DNA from: a virus
Taxonomy: Duplodnaviria; Caudoviricetes
IMG/VR virus record: IMGVR_UViG_3300036985_003045
Direction: 5' to 3' (one strand)
Length of the DNA stretch: 64,000 bases
The notes under the pieces are model-generated. The model had not been told where the DNA came from, did not search any database, and saw only the letters and a program-made list of their open reading frames with translations. Both the position numbers and the translations under genes were made by a program. Below are positions 38,544 through 46,594 of this stretch, piece by piece; the first letter of the stretch is position 1; the number at the start of each line of letters is the position of its first letter.

Positions 38544-38821
38544 TGGCAATAGCTAAGAAAGAAGAAAAGAAAGAAGATTTTATGACATCAAAATGGCGAC
38601 CAATGATGGCAATATCATATATGGCTATTTGTTTGTTTGACTTTATGGCAGGTCCAATTCTATACAATGTTCTCCAGTATATGAATCCTGGACAACATCT
38701 AGAAATGTGGCAAGCAGTTACATTACAAGGTGGTGGGTTATATCATCTATCAATGGGTGCTATTATTGGTATTACTGCTTTTGGTAGAACTAAAGAGAAA
38801 TTAGCAGAAACTACTGAATAA
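38543..38821 (+). CDS. Holin-like protein (GTA 3TM-holin-like family)
   Basis: KWRPMM...Y..ICLFDF, LQGGGLYH.SMGAI.G..AFGRTKEK. Confidence 0.65.
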   Translation: MAIAKKEEKKEDFMTSKWRPMMAISYMAICLFDFMAGPILYNVLQYMNPGQHLEMWQAVTLQGGGLYHLSMGAIIGITAFGRTKEKLAETTE

Positions 38822-38827
38822 ATAGTT

Positions 38828-38920
38828 ATGTGGTACAGCTATCTAAGAATAAATCCTATTGTGATAATTTCAATATAGGAAAGTATGCATCGGGTCTTAG
38901 ATAGTTTGTACCGCATTTTT
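38828..38920 (+). ncRNA. Predicted long branched stem-loop ending in a U-run (structured terminator or small RNA)
   Basis: Arms 38828-38848 and 38895-38916 pair over about 20 bp with G-U wobbles on the plus strand; inner hairpin 38854-38880. Confidence 0.45.
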
Positions 38921-38993
38921 ACCTATTGAGAATATAACAAGTAACTTCAAATCCTAATCTGATATCTTTATAAGTCGGTGTTTTCCACTTCAT
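38919..38993 (-). CDS. pqqA: Coenzyme PQQ precursor peptide PqqA (not in ORF track)
   Basis: MKWKTPTYKDIRLGFEVTCYILNR, 24 aa, ExxxY core; AGGAG RBS upstream of the ATG. Confidence 0.9.
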   Translation of the reverse strand: MKWKTPTYKDIRLGFEVTCYILNR

Positions 38994-39108
38994 CTTGTTC
39001 TCCTAATTTATACATAAAGTCTAAGAATTCCTCAAATGTCAGACCTCCTGGCATTGAATAGAATGTACATTCAACAGATTCTTTCATTCTTTCTAAATCA
39101 AAATTCAT
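38968..39108 (-). CDS. Hypothetical protein, 46 aa
   Basis: MNFDLERMKESVECTFYSMPGGLTFEEF...; between the cyclase and pqqA. Confidence 0.5.
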   Translation of the reverse strand: MNFDLERMKESVECTFYSMPGGLTFEEFLDFMYKLGEQDEVENTDL

Positions 39109-39110
39109 AA

Positions 39111-41159
39111 TTACTTACTGGTGGCTACAAAAGTTCCCTTCCATTTCTTTGGAAAAGATTCATCAGACATATATCCTGTTATTCTTTTAGTCATCATATC
39201 ATAATAATAATCTAATTCACCATCAAATGAACCTTTCAATTCCATGCAATGTGTAATGGCATATGCCCATTCTTGTTTCTTATAATGCTTAAACATCTTA
39301 TTATGTAATGTTCTAGTATTGGCATATTCTAAACGATTGTATCTATCTGGTTGTAATACTGTATAAATGTCTAATCCAACAGTTTTACCTTTTACAGCAA
39401 TGTTGTCTAGCTTAATAACAAAGTATTCATCTTTAACAAGTTCAGCAGTTTCTGGACCAATGATTAATAATACCCCATAAGATTTGGTTTGGCCTTCCAA
39501 TCTTGCAGCTGTAGAAACTGAATCACCTAATACATCATATCCAAATCTAGTTTTTGAACCTATGTTACCTATAAGTGTTTGTCCAGTATTAACACCAGCA
39601 CCCATACCGACAATTGGTTTACCTTGTGCTATTAGAGTTTCATTAAATCCATTAACAGATTCAATCATTTCTAATGCGGTTTTAACAGCAACCTTGGCAT
39701 GGTTTACATCATCTAGTGGTGCATTATGTACATGAAGACTAGCATCACCAATGAACTTAATGATACATCCATCATTCTTCAATACTGGTTCTGATATGGC
39801 AGTCATATAATCATTCATAATATTGGTAAGACCTTCTACATCATCACCATAAGATTCACCAAGAGTGGTAAATCCCCTTAAATCTGTCATAACAATAGAA
39901 AGTTCTTTGCGTTCACCACCAAGTTTAATCAATTCTGGATTCTTCTGAAGCTTTTCTACCATGATAGGAGAAACATAGGAACCGAATTGTTTTTTAATTT
40001 GAAGTTTTTGTCCTAATTCAGATAGAAACTTTACGGTGTATGTGTGCCCATAGACCGCAACAATTGCGAATATAGGTATTGTAATGTCGAAAAGATAATA
40101 AAGAGTGGTATATAGATAATTAGAAATAGGATAAAGAGAGATAATGATGCTGCAAAATATAAGAATTCCATATTTCCACCTAGATAGTATTATTGATATT
40201 AATGAAAGAAAAAGTATTGTTAATAATTCTGCACCTGTAGTCCAATCAGGTCTTGATATATTTATACCTTTGGTAATAGTATCTAGAATTGATGCTTGAA
40301 TGTAATGAGGAAAGACTGCTCCATTAGAAGTCGCAACGGGGTTATTAAGTCCTTTTGCTGTGAGTCCGACAATAACGATTGCTCCGTTGAAGTCATTTGG
40401 TAAATTGACGGATGAAAATTGTCTAAATCCTGCGGGTTTAATCCAAAGTCTACCGAGGTCATCTGTTTGGATTTTACCGAACTTTGGTATTCTAACTGCT
40501 TGGATTGACCCTTCGTTGATTTTGACTTGGAATGATGGGTCTCCTGATGCCACACGCAAGGTTTCGAGACTGATACTCGGATACAATAATCCTTTGGAAC
40601 TGACCACCATTGGGATTCTTCGGGTAACGCCATCAATTTCTGGGAGTGTATTAACAACACCAATACCAGCAGCATTATCATTGAAAACTTGTATGTTGGG
40701 AAGTATGTTTTCATATTTAACTCCTACATCACCAGTACCTATAACTGATACACCTGGTCTAAATGGTTTATAAGTTTCAGTAAAAGCTTCATTAGTACCA
40801 GTTTGAGGTAATACTACTGGATATTCTTGAAGTACTTGTGTTAATGTATCATCTTTATCAAATCTATCTGCTTCAGGCATAAACAGATTAAAAACAACAA
40901 GACCAGCACCACGGATATACAGCTCCTTAATAAGATTAGCATATTCGTTCCGAGGGAATGGGAATTGACCTTTTTCTTTAAGTGTTGCATCATCTATATT
41001 TACCAATTGTATATCTGATTGTTGAATATCTTGGGTTAAAAGAGTATCAAAATATCTTAAACGAATAGATTCTACAAATGATGGGTCAACTACTCTTAAC
41101 CCAATGATTAAACCTAATGTTACTAACGATAACCATGGGGACAAGAATAGTTTTTTCAT
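39111..41159 (-). CDS. CHASE2-domain membrane class III adenylate cyclase
   Basis: VNIDD.TL...GQFPFPR (CHASE2), TM helices, TDLRGFT, IKFIGDA, YDVLGDSVSTAARLEG. Confidence 0.93.
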   Translation of the reverse strand: MKKLFLSPWLSLVTLGLIIGLRVVDPSFVESIRLRYFDTLLTQDIQQSDIQLVNIDDATLKEKGQFPFPRNEYANLIKELYIRGAGLVVFNLFMPEADRFDKDDTLTQVLQEYPVVLPQTGTNEAFTETYKPFRPGVSVIGTGDVGVKYENILPNIQVFNDNAAGIGVVNTLPEIDGVTRRIPMVVSSKGLLYPSISLETLRVASGDPSFQVKINEGSIQAVRIPKFGKIQTDDLGRLWIKPAGFRQFSSVNLPNDFNGAIVIVGLTAKGLNNPVATSNGAVFPHYIQASILDTITKGINISRPDWTTGAELLTILFLSLISIILSRWKYGILIFCSIIISLYPISNYLYTTLYYLFDITIPIFAIVAVYGHTYTVKFLSELGQKLQIKKQFGSYVSPIMVEKLQKNPELIKLGGERKELSIVMTDLRGFTTLGESYGDDVEGLTNIMNDYMTAISEPVLKNDGCIIKFIGDASLHVHNAPLDDVNHAKVAVKTALEMIESVNGFNETLIAQGKPIVGMGAGVNTGQTLIGNIGSKTRFGYDVLGDSVSTAARLEGQTKSYGVLLIIGPETAELVKDEYFVIKLDNIAVKGKTVGLDIYTVLQPDRYNRLEYANTRTLHNKMFKHYKKQEWAYAITHCMELKGSFDGELDYYYDMMTKRITGYMSDESFPKKWKGTFVATSK

Positions 41160-41167
41160 ATTATATC

Positions 41168-41944
41168 CTAGAATAAATCTGTAAAGAATTTAGAAACAGA
41201 ATCTAGAAAATCATCATCTTTCTCTACTGCTTCTGTATCAGGTATGGCAACTTCTTCTAATACAATAGGAGCAATAATTGCAGCAGCTACAGCAGGTGCT
41301 ACGACAGCAACCGGAACTGGTTTAGAAAATACATCTTCATCAATAGCACTTAATGCGATATCATAATGATGTTGTCTGTCTTTCAAACCAATAGTACCAC
41401 CATTAATTCTTTTAGTTAATGTAGTAAATTCACTAGAATCACAGAATTGATTTAGTTTATTAGTTTGCCAGAAGAATGCACCTGAACAAATAGCACCCTC
41501 TAATGTTTCACAATATGCAACAGTTTCATCTAATGATTTACCAATAGACTTTGCAAACTTTGAATAGTTATCTTTACCAGTTAATTGAATACAACCACGA
41601 CCACGGAATTTGAAACCATCTCCAGATGCTTCTGTTCCATTACCCATTCTATCAGCATAAACCTTGTTTGCAATCTTTTCTGGATTACGATTATAAGGAG
41701 CAGCCATTGCAACAGAGATAAATCTTTTTGGCCAAACTTTACAAAGACCATCAGCAGAATAATTAAGATTCTCTTTTAATGCTGTAAACTGAGCAGATTC
41801 ATGCCCACATTGAGCCAAGAAAGCAGCAACTCTTTTCTTGGTATTAATTTCATATTCAGGTAGAACTTTATTAAGAACCTCAAGTAATGCTTCGGGTTGT
41901 TTATTGTTCGGGCAAATCTTTTTCAGTTGTTCAAGTTTTAACAT
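41168..41944 (-). CDS. Glycoside hydrolase 19 endolysin
   Basis: AAFLAQCGHES, ENLNYS, YADRMGN, FRGRGCIQLTGKDNY, TKRINGG.IGL.DR. Confidence 0.92.
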   Translation of the reverse strand: MLKLEQLKKICPNNKQPEALLEVLNKVLPEYEINTKKRVAAFLAQCGHESAQFTALKENLNYSADGLCKVWPKRFISVAMAAPYNRNPEKIANKVYADRMGNGTEASGDGFKFRGRGCIQLTGKDNYSKFAKSIGKSLDETVAYCETLEGAICSGAFFWQTNKLNQFCDSSEFTTLTKRINGGTIGLKDRQHHYDIALSAIDEDVFSKPVPVAVVAPAVAAAIIAPIVLEEVAIPDTEAVEKDDDFLDSVSKFFTDLF

Positions 41945-42523
41945 TTATTTCTCCATTGTTTTCGGGTAAAATACAATAACGCCATCGTGCTTATTTATTA
42001 ATTCATAATCATGTGTATCAGATAATATATTTACAAACTTATCCCAATCAACATCAATCAAATGTTTTTCAGGGAGTTCGCCTTTAGTATATGTAGGATT
42101 TTTTGGTGAACGAAATGTTCTCATATCATCACACACAACGACATCTTTTGAATAATCTGGTTTTAATTTCTTAATTAATTCAATTTCAGGGATTAATGGT
42201 ATTCTAAATTCTTCTGCAAATTCATCTTCACCATAGATATCTGGAAAATGTGCATCTAACCAAAATAAAGTTTTATTGGTTTGATTTGGTAATAGATTAG
42301 TTAGATATGATAGGCTTTCAGAATGTTCTATATTTGCATATGGAAACTTTTGTTGACTCATTGTAACATATTCTAAACCAATATCACAAGAATATACTTC
42401 ATCATATCCAGAATCAAATGCATGACCTATACCAGCACCTTGCCAGCATCCAGTTTCTATAAAGTCTACTAAATTATATTTTTCTCGATATTTCTTTATA
42501 TCTATATGTGTAAGCCAAGTCAT
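41945..42523 (-). CDS. Class I SAM methyltransferase-like protein
   Basis: FIETGCWQG, FWLDAH, VVCDD. Confidence 0.6.
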   Translation of the reverse strand: MTWLTHIDIKKYREKYNLVDFIETGCWQGAGIGHAFDSGYDEVYSCDIGLEYVTMSQQKFPYANIEHSESLSYLTNLLPNQTNKTLFWLDAHFPDIYGEDEFAEEFRIPLIPEIELIKKLKPDYSKDVVVCDDMRTFRSPKNPTYTKGELPEKHLIDVDWDKFVNILSDTHDYELINKHDGVIVFYPKTMEK

Positions 42524-42538
42524 TTTCTTTCTCCAATT

Positions 42539-42640
42539 TTATAGGTAGATTTCAACTAATACCGCAATAGCTATCCAAAAAGAAAGGATTGCCAAAACTG
42601 GAATAATTGTAAATATTAAGGTTTCCATTGCTTTTTTCAT
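42539..42640 (-). CDS. 33-aa single-TM peptide
   Basis: MKKAMETLIFTIIPVLAILSFWIAIAVLVEIYL. Confidence 0.45.
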   Translation of the reverse strand: MKKAMETLIFTIIPVLAILSFWIAIAVLVEIYL

Positions 42641-42643
42641 AAA

Positions 42644-42757
42644 TTATAGAACCTTTAGAAATATAGTATTTAAAACAATAACAAGACTTAACAACAATCC
42701 TAAAGTTGTTATATCAATTATAATACCTATCGTTGATTCATTATAAAAATGTTTCAT
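42644..42757 (-). CDS. 37-aa single-TM peptide
   Basis: MKHFYNESTIGIIIDITTLGLLLSLVIVLNTIFLKVL; GAGGA upstream. Confidence 0.45.
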   Translation of the reverse strand: MKHFYNESTIGIIIDITTLGLLLSLVIVLNTIFLKVL

Positions 42758-42852
42758 TGCATATCCTCAATAACTCTAAATATAATAATAAAAAGGGCGA
42801 CTGAAGCCACCCAAACTGCTACTCGTAAAATAAATAAATTTAATTGTTTCAT
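42754..42852 (-). CDS. 32-aa single-TM peptide (paralog at 60500-60598)
   Basis: MKQLNLFILRVAVWVASVALFIIIFRVIEDMQ; frame conserved in the second copy. Confidence 0.65.
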   Translation of the reverse strand: MKQLNLFILRVAVWVASVALFIIIFRVIEDMQ

Positions 42853-42855
42853 ACG

Positions 42856-43074
42856 TTAATCTATATAAGTTATTGTTGGAACATATTCAAACTGTCTTTT
42901 ATGGTTGGATACTGCTTGTTTTGCTTCTTTCATACTATCGTACCAAACAATCCAGTCTGTATCTGAAATATCTTTCCATCTTGTTACATATCCACTCATA
43001 TCTATATATTCTGCTCTAAATTTTTCACCAGTCACAGACATAGCACTAATTACTCTATAATTTATCATATTCAT
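42856..43074 (-). CDS. Hypothetical protein (paralog at 60602-60817)
   Basis: Near-identical second copy. Confidence 0.75.
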   Translation of the reverse strand: MNMINYRVISAMSVTGEKFRAEYIDMSGYVTRWKDISDTDWIVWYDSMKEAKQAVSNHKRQFEYVPTITYID

Positions 43075-43083
43075 TGTTTCATA

Positions 43084-43281
43084 TTACCACTTATGGATTG
43101 TTGCTACTATTACTACAAGACATGTTATTATATGTAGGAGAATCCAACCAGTTCTAATAACTAATGAAAGTCTTGCTTCTTTTTGAGTTAATATTGGTAT
43201 AGTTGGTTCATCGTGGTCCGATTCACCCATAAGATGGTCAAAACTTCTACTCCAAACTCTTGTCCATCTAATTCTTTTCAT
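43084..43281 (-). CDS. Small membrane protein (start trimmed to MKRIRW)
   Basis: W.RSFDHLMG...; C-terminal TM. Confidence 0.6.
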   Translation of the reverse strand: MKRIRWTRVWSRSFDHLMGESDHDEPTIPILTQKEARLSLVIRTGWILLHIITCLVVIVATIHKW

Positions 43282-43451
43282 TTGTAACCCATTATAGTTT
43301 TGTAAATAAAATTGTATAATGGATAGAACCAAAATCCTGCCACCATAAACCACATATTAGATACACCATTTTGTTCCAAGGTAATACCCAAAAGACACCA
43401 TAAGGTTATACCAACAAGACAAGTTATCAACATCAATATTGTAAATCTCAT
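43278..43451 (-). CDS. 57-aa two-TM protein (paralog at 60814-60987)
   Basis: LWCLLGITLEQ.GVSN.WFMVAG.WFYP shared with the second copy. Confidence 0.7.
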   Translation of the reverse strand: MRFTILMLITCLVGITLWCLLGITLEQNGVSNMWFMVAGFWFYPLYNFIYKTIMGYK

Positions 43452-44071
43452 TATGAAACCCCTTCACTGAAATCACTCGCCATTTGTTTAGCATCTTCTA
43501 ATGTTTCTGCTGTCCATTCACCTCTACCATATTGTTCTGGATAAGGGGTAAAATTATTATGTGTGTAATCTCTGTCAGCACCTTTGAATTTAGTTTCAGA
43601 GACCAACATAAATCCAAGTTGACCATCTTGCATATAATTATCATCCAATGATACTAATGATGTTGTGCAAGTGACATCAGGTGATTCACATTCACGCCAA
43701 ATACCATCATCAATATTCCAAAACTTCAAAGATTCTTGAATATAATCTTCCTTACAAGTCGGGGAATATGCACAATCATCTCTACTTACTTTAGAACCAA
43801 CACCAAATCCATAAATTGCTCTATGACTCCAGCCATACCACTGCTTTACTGATGGGCTGAATCCAATTCCGTGTTGTAACTGCTCAGTGATTCCTCTCTT
43901 GACTAGGTGGGTAATAGTATCTTCCATACCAACTCTGGTAATATAACTATCATCGAATTTTGAGTAGTAAATTAAATCAGCATCTTCTGGTATTGTAGAT
44001 GGTCCTGTATAGGCAACCAAATCTAAGTATTCTTCATTTGTCATAATATAATTTCCTCTAATTAACTCCAA
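43451..44071 (-). CDS. Conserved phage hypothetical protein
   Basis: WYGWSHRAIYGF, TLEDAKQMA.DF. Confidence 0.7.
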   Translation of the reverse strand: MELIRGNYIMTNEEYLDLVAYTGPSTIPEDADLIYYSKFDDSYITRVGMEDTITHLVKRGITEQLQHGIGFSPSVKQWYGWSHRAIYGFGVGSKVSRDDCAYSPTCKEDYIQESLKFWNIDDGIWRECESPDVTCTTSLVSLDDNYMQDGQLGFMLVSETKFKGADRDYTHNNFTPYPEQYGRGEWTAETLEDAKQMASDFSEGVS

Positions 44072-44700
44072 AGACTTCTGTAATATTTCCCGAACAATTC
44101 AAATCCATTTTGGATTCTTGCTTCGTATTCTGCAATTCCAACCCAATCATATACTTGTGTATGTTTTGGTCCGTGTTTCATTTCCCAACAGGTATCACCC
44201 TCATATACTTCATCAGATTCAACCCAAATGGTATCAGATACACCAGATTTGAACTGTTCCATCCAATTATCTTCAATCTTAGATTCAAAGGCAAATATCA
44301 TTTCTCCCAAACACCATCCCCAGCGTTTGAAGAAGTTATCATCAGTATCCCATTCATTCTCACATCTTGGAGCATTCATAGATTTCAGATAATCTGGAAC
44401 ATCTTCATCATCAACACAAGGAGAACCATGTTTAGATTTCTGCAATTCTTTTAACATAGGTAGAATTATTGGAGCTAGAGTTGAGTCCATGCTCCATGTA
44501 TCCCAAGGGTCAATCTTTACATATTGAATTTTAGGATGAATTGTATCAAGAAACTTTTGGTTCCATTCACATAAAGTTTGTAACCATTTTGGTGGTTCTT
44601 TCTTATAGGCATCATAATCCTTTCTCCAATAGAAAAACTTCTCAAGGATAATATAAGGAGAAATCCAATGATTCCGGTAGTTTCCGATTAATATTTTCAT
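44062..44700 (-). CDS. Conserved phage hypothetical protein, 212 aa (paralog at 60989-61627)
   Basis: DPWDTWSMD.TLAPIILPMLK, GFELFGKYYRSLW. Confidence 0.8.
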   Translation of the reverse strand: MKILIGNYRNHWISPYIILEKFFYWRKDYDAYKKEPPKWLQTLCEWNQKFLDTIHPKIQYVKIDPWDTWSMDSTLAPIILPMLKELQKSKHGSPCVDDEDVPDYLKSMNAPRCENEWDTDDNFFKRWGWCLGEMIFAFESKIEDNWMEQFKSGVSDTIWVESDEVYEGDTCWEMKHGPKHTQVYDWVGIAEYEARIQNGFELFGKYYRSLWS

Positions 44701-44963
44701 AAATCACATAAGGCTGTTAAAGGTATTGCAGAATATATTACACCATTGACTACTGAGAATGCAATATATTTTGTTACAATTTCACCATCTTCTCTTAATA
44801 CTACTTTTACACCGATATAGGAATCCCCACTATTTCTTATTGTGGAACTAGTAATTGTAGCATCAATAAACATTCCTGCATCAATACATTCTTGTAGACC
44901 AAAGAATACATTATCAACATCAGTTTGTAATTTGTTACCTTTGTTTAAATTGTTTATATTCAT
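44697..44963 (-). CDS. Hypothetical protein
   Basis: ORF in operon. Confidence 0.55.
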   Translation of the reverse strand: MNINNLNKGNKLQTDVDNVFFGLQECIDAGMFIDATITSSTIRNSGDSYIGVKVVLREDGEIVTKYIAFSVVNGVIYSAIPLTALCDL

Positions 44964-45259
44964 TAATATTCCATCAGGTCATCATTATCAGTTGTTACAA
45001 ATGTTTCTAGTTTTGCTTCATCAGTCCAAGATTGGCAGTAATCGTTATCTTCATCACACAATCTTAACACTTCTTCTTTTGTTACTACTCTTGATGATAT
45101 AAGAGTTTCACCTAATGATAATTGAGAAAACTCTTTAGCTTCATCCATTACAACAGTATCATCAGCCCAAGCCAATTTACCCACAGGAACTTCAACAACA
45201 TAACGCATACGGTATTGTTGGATACATTCTACTAATACTAATTGTGTTTCTTCACTCAT
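44963..45259 (-). CDS. Conserved phage hypothetical protein
   Basis: VLVECIQQYRMRYVVEVP, EFSQLSLGE. Confidence 0.65.
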   Translation of the reverse strand: MSEETQLVLVECIQQYRMRYVVEVPVGKLAWADDTVVMDEAKEFSQLSLGETLISSRVVTKEEVLRLCDEDNDYCQSWTDEAKLETFVTTDNDDLMEY

Positions 45260-45422
45260 TTTCTTTCCTAATATAGTTGAATTTAATTAACTTTGATACA
45301 CCATTAACTTTTTCTAATCTAAAACAATCACCCTCTTTCCAACCTATTTCATCAGTATTAAGTTCTTCATCAAGAATAATACCAAAAGAAAATAATTCCC
45401 ATCTATAATCTAAGTAAATCAT
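45252..45422 (-). CDS. Hypothetical protein, 56 aa
   Basis: MIYLDYRWEL...LDEEL...GWKEGD.F. Confidence 0.55.
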   Translation of the reverse strand: MIYLDYRWELFSFGIILDEELNTDEIGWKEGDCFRLEKVNGVSKLIKFNYIRKENE

Positions 45423-45579
45423 CAGTTTTCCTCAGTGAAAACGACCCATCGCCATTATCTATCCAAATTATTTTATCACCATCAAACCATTCCAATTCTT
45501 CTAACAGTTCCTCTGGAAGTTTAATTATCAAATCATTATCTGGACCAAACTCATAGACTTCAGTTGTATATGTTTTCAT
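45403..45579 (-). CDS. AbrB/MazE-like small protein, 58 aa
   Basis: DLIIKLPEELLEELEW.DGD.IIW.DNGDGSF.L. Confidence 0.6.
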   Translation of the reverse strand: MKTYTTEVYEFGPDNDLIIKLPEELLEELEWFDGDKIIWIDNGDGSFSLRKTDDLLRL

Positions 45580-45881
45580 TATTCAACCCCAAAGTGTTCT
45601 TTTAATCCATCTGTAATTTGTGATACAGCATCATTATATCCTGTATTACTTCCCTTGATATATGCCCATTCTTCGTAATGTTCTCTAGTAGGATTTTCTG
45701 GAATAAACCCATCATAGATTGTTGTGGAATGATATTGTGATACTTCATTAATACATTCTTGGATAATCAACTTGGCAAACTTTTCCATATAAAATGTTTT
45801 GTTTTTATCCTCAAACAATTCCATTATATCTTCATTAGGCATACCGCATATATTGAATAGGTTTTTAATTTTCTCATTCAT
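45579..45881 (-). CDS. EKFAxLI...HFG family protein
   Basis: Shared family motifs. Confidence 0.7.
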   Translation of the reverse strand: MNEKIKNLFNICGMPNEDIMELFEDKNKTFYMEKFAKLIIQECINEVSQYHSTTIYDGFIPENPTREHYEEWAYIKGSNTGYNDAVSQITDGLKEHFGVE

Positions 45882-46105
45882 AATTCTGTTCCAAAATGTT
45901 TTAATATTGCTTTGGGGTAATCTTCCATTTCAACATACCCTGCCACTTTATTACCATTATCCATCATTTCCCAAACACTAAGATGTTCTTGGATAATCAA
46001 ATTAGCAAACTTCTCAATATATCTAGGATGGGGTAGGAAGTGTAAAGTTTCACCATTATCATCATGTATAGCTTGTTCTGAAAACTGTTTAATCTTTTTA
46101 TTCAC
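45878..46105 (-). CDS. EKFAxLI...HFG family protein
   Basis: Shared motifs; C-half nearly identical to 51570-51833. Confidence 0.7.
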   Translation of the reverse strand: MNKKIKQFSEQAIHDDNGETLHFLPHPRYIEKFANLIIQEHLSVWEMMDNGNKVAGYVEMEDYPKAILKHFGTEL

Positions 46106-46366
46106 TTATTCACCTTGATGGTATGTTGTAATTTTTGTAGGATTTCTATAAACAGAACCACACCATTCCTTTCCATCATATTGACATGGAAAGTAAACAT
46201 GCCAAGTAGTCCAAAGCGTAAATGGTAATCCTTCTGGCATCCCATAACTTTGGTCAAATTCAATATCCAATTCTTCTTCTGTTAAGGTAGTTACATAGTT
46301 ATTGATATCCTTATCTTCATTATACAACATCCTTTCCATTATTTCTTTGCGCCAAGTGGTTATCAT
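46106..46366 (-). CDS. Conserved phage hypothetical protein
   Basis: FD.SYG.PEG.PFT.WT...VYFP..YDG.EW. Confidence 0.7.
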   Translation of the reverse strand: MITTWRKEIMERMLYNEDKDINNYVTTLTEEELDIEFDQSYGMPEGLPFTLWTTWHVYFPCQYDGKEWCGSVYRNPTKITTYHQGE

Positions 46367-46395
46367 GATTTTCTCTCAAAATTTATATATAGGTA

Positions 46396-46423
46396 ATTAT
46401 AACATAGATATAAAATGTGTCAA
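46396..46423 (-). promoter_or_regulatory. Early promoter TTGACA-16-TATAAT (extended -10)
   Basis: TTGACA cattttatatctatgt TATAAT. Confidence 0.75.
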
Positions 46424-46426
46424 GAT

Positions 46427-46561
46427 TTATTCAGGATGATTATCAGAATTGCAGAAGGAAGGATTTGGAGAAAAAGTAGAGCATGGAGATTGTGAGGAAA
46501 TCTCCATGCTTAGATAGACAAATAGCAGAATTGCTATTAGAATGAGTGGTATTGCTTTCAT
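46427..46561 (-). CDS. 44-aa signal-peptide-bearing Cys-loop peptide, copy 1
   Basis: MKAIPLILIAILLFVYLSMEISSQSPCSTFSPNPSFCNSDNHPE; frame conserved in copy 2. Confidence 0.75.
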   Translation of the reverse strand: MKAIPLILIAILLFVYLSMEISSQSPCSTFSPNPSFCNSDNHPE

Positions 46562-46594
46562 AAATCACCATAAGTGTTATGAATTATTTATGTT

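Noticed and set aside
38841-38918. 25-aa minus-strand ORF after pqqA (MRYKLSKTRC...) and a hammerhead ribozyme in the same region
   Set aside because: No RBS, and the ORF coincides with the stem arms; the CUGANGA core is not present
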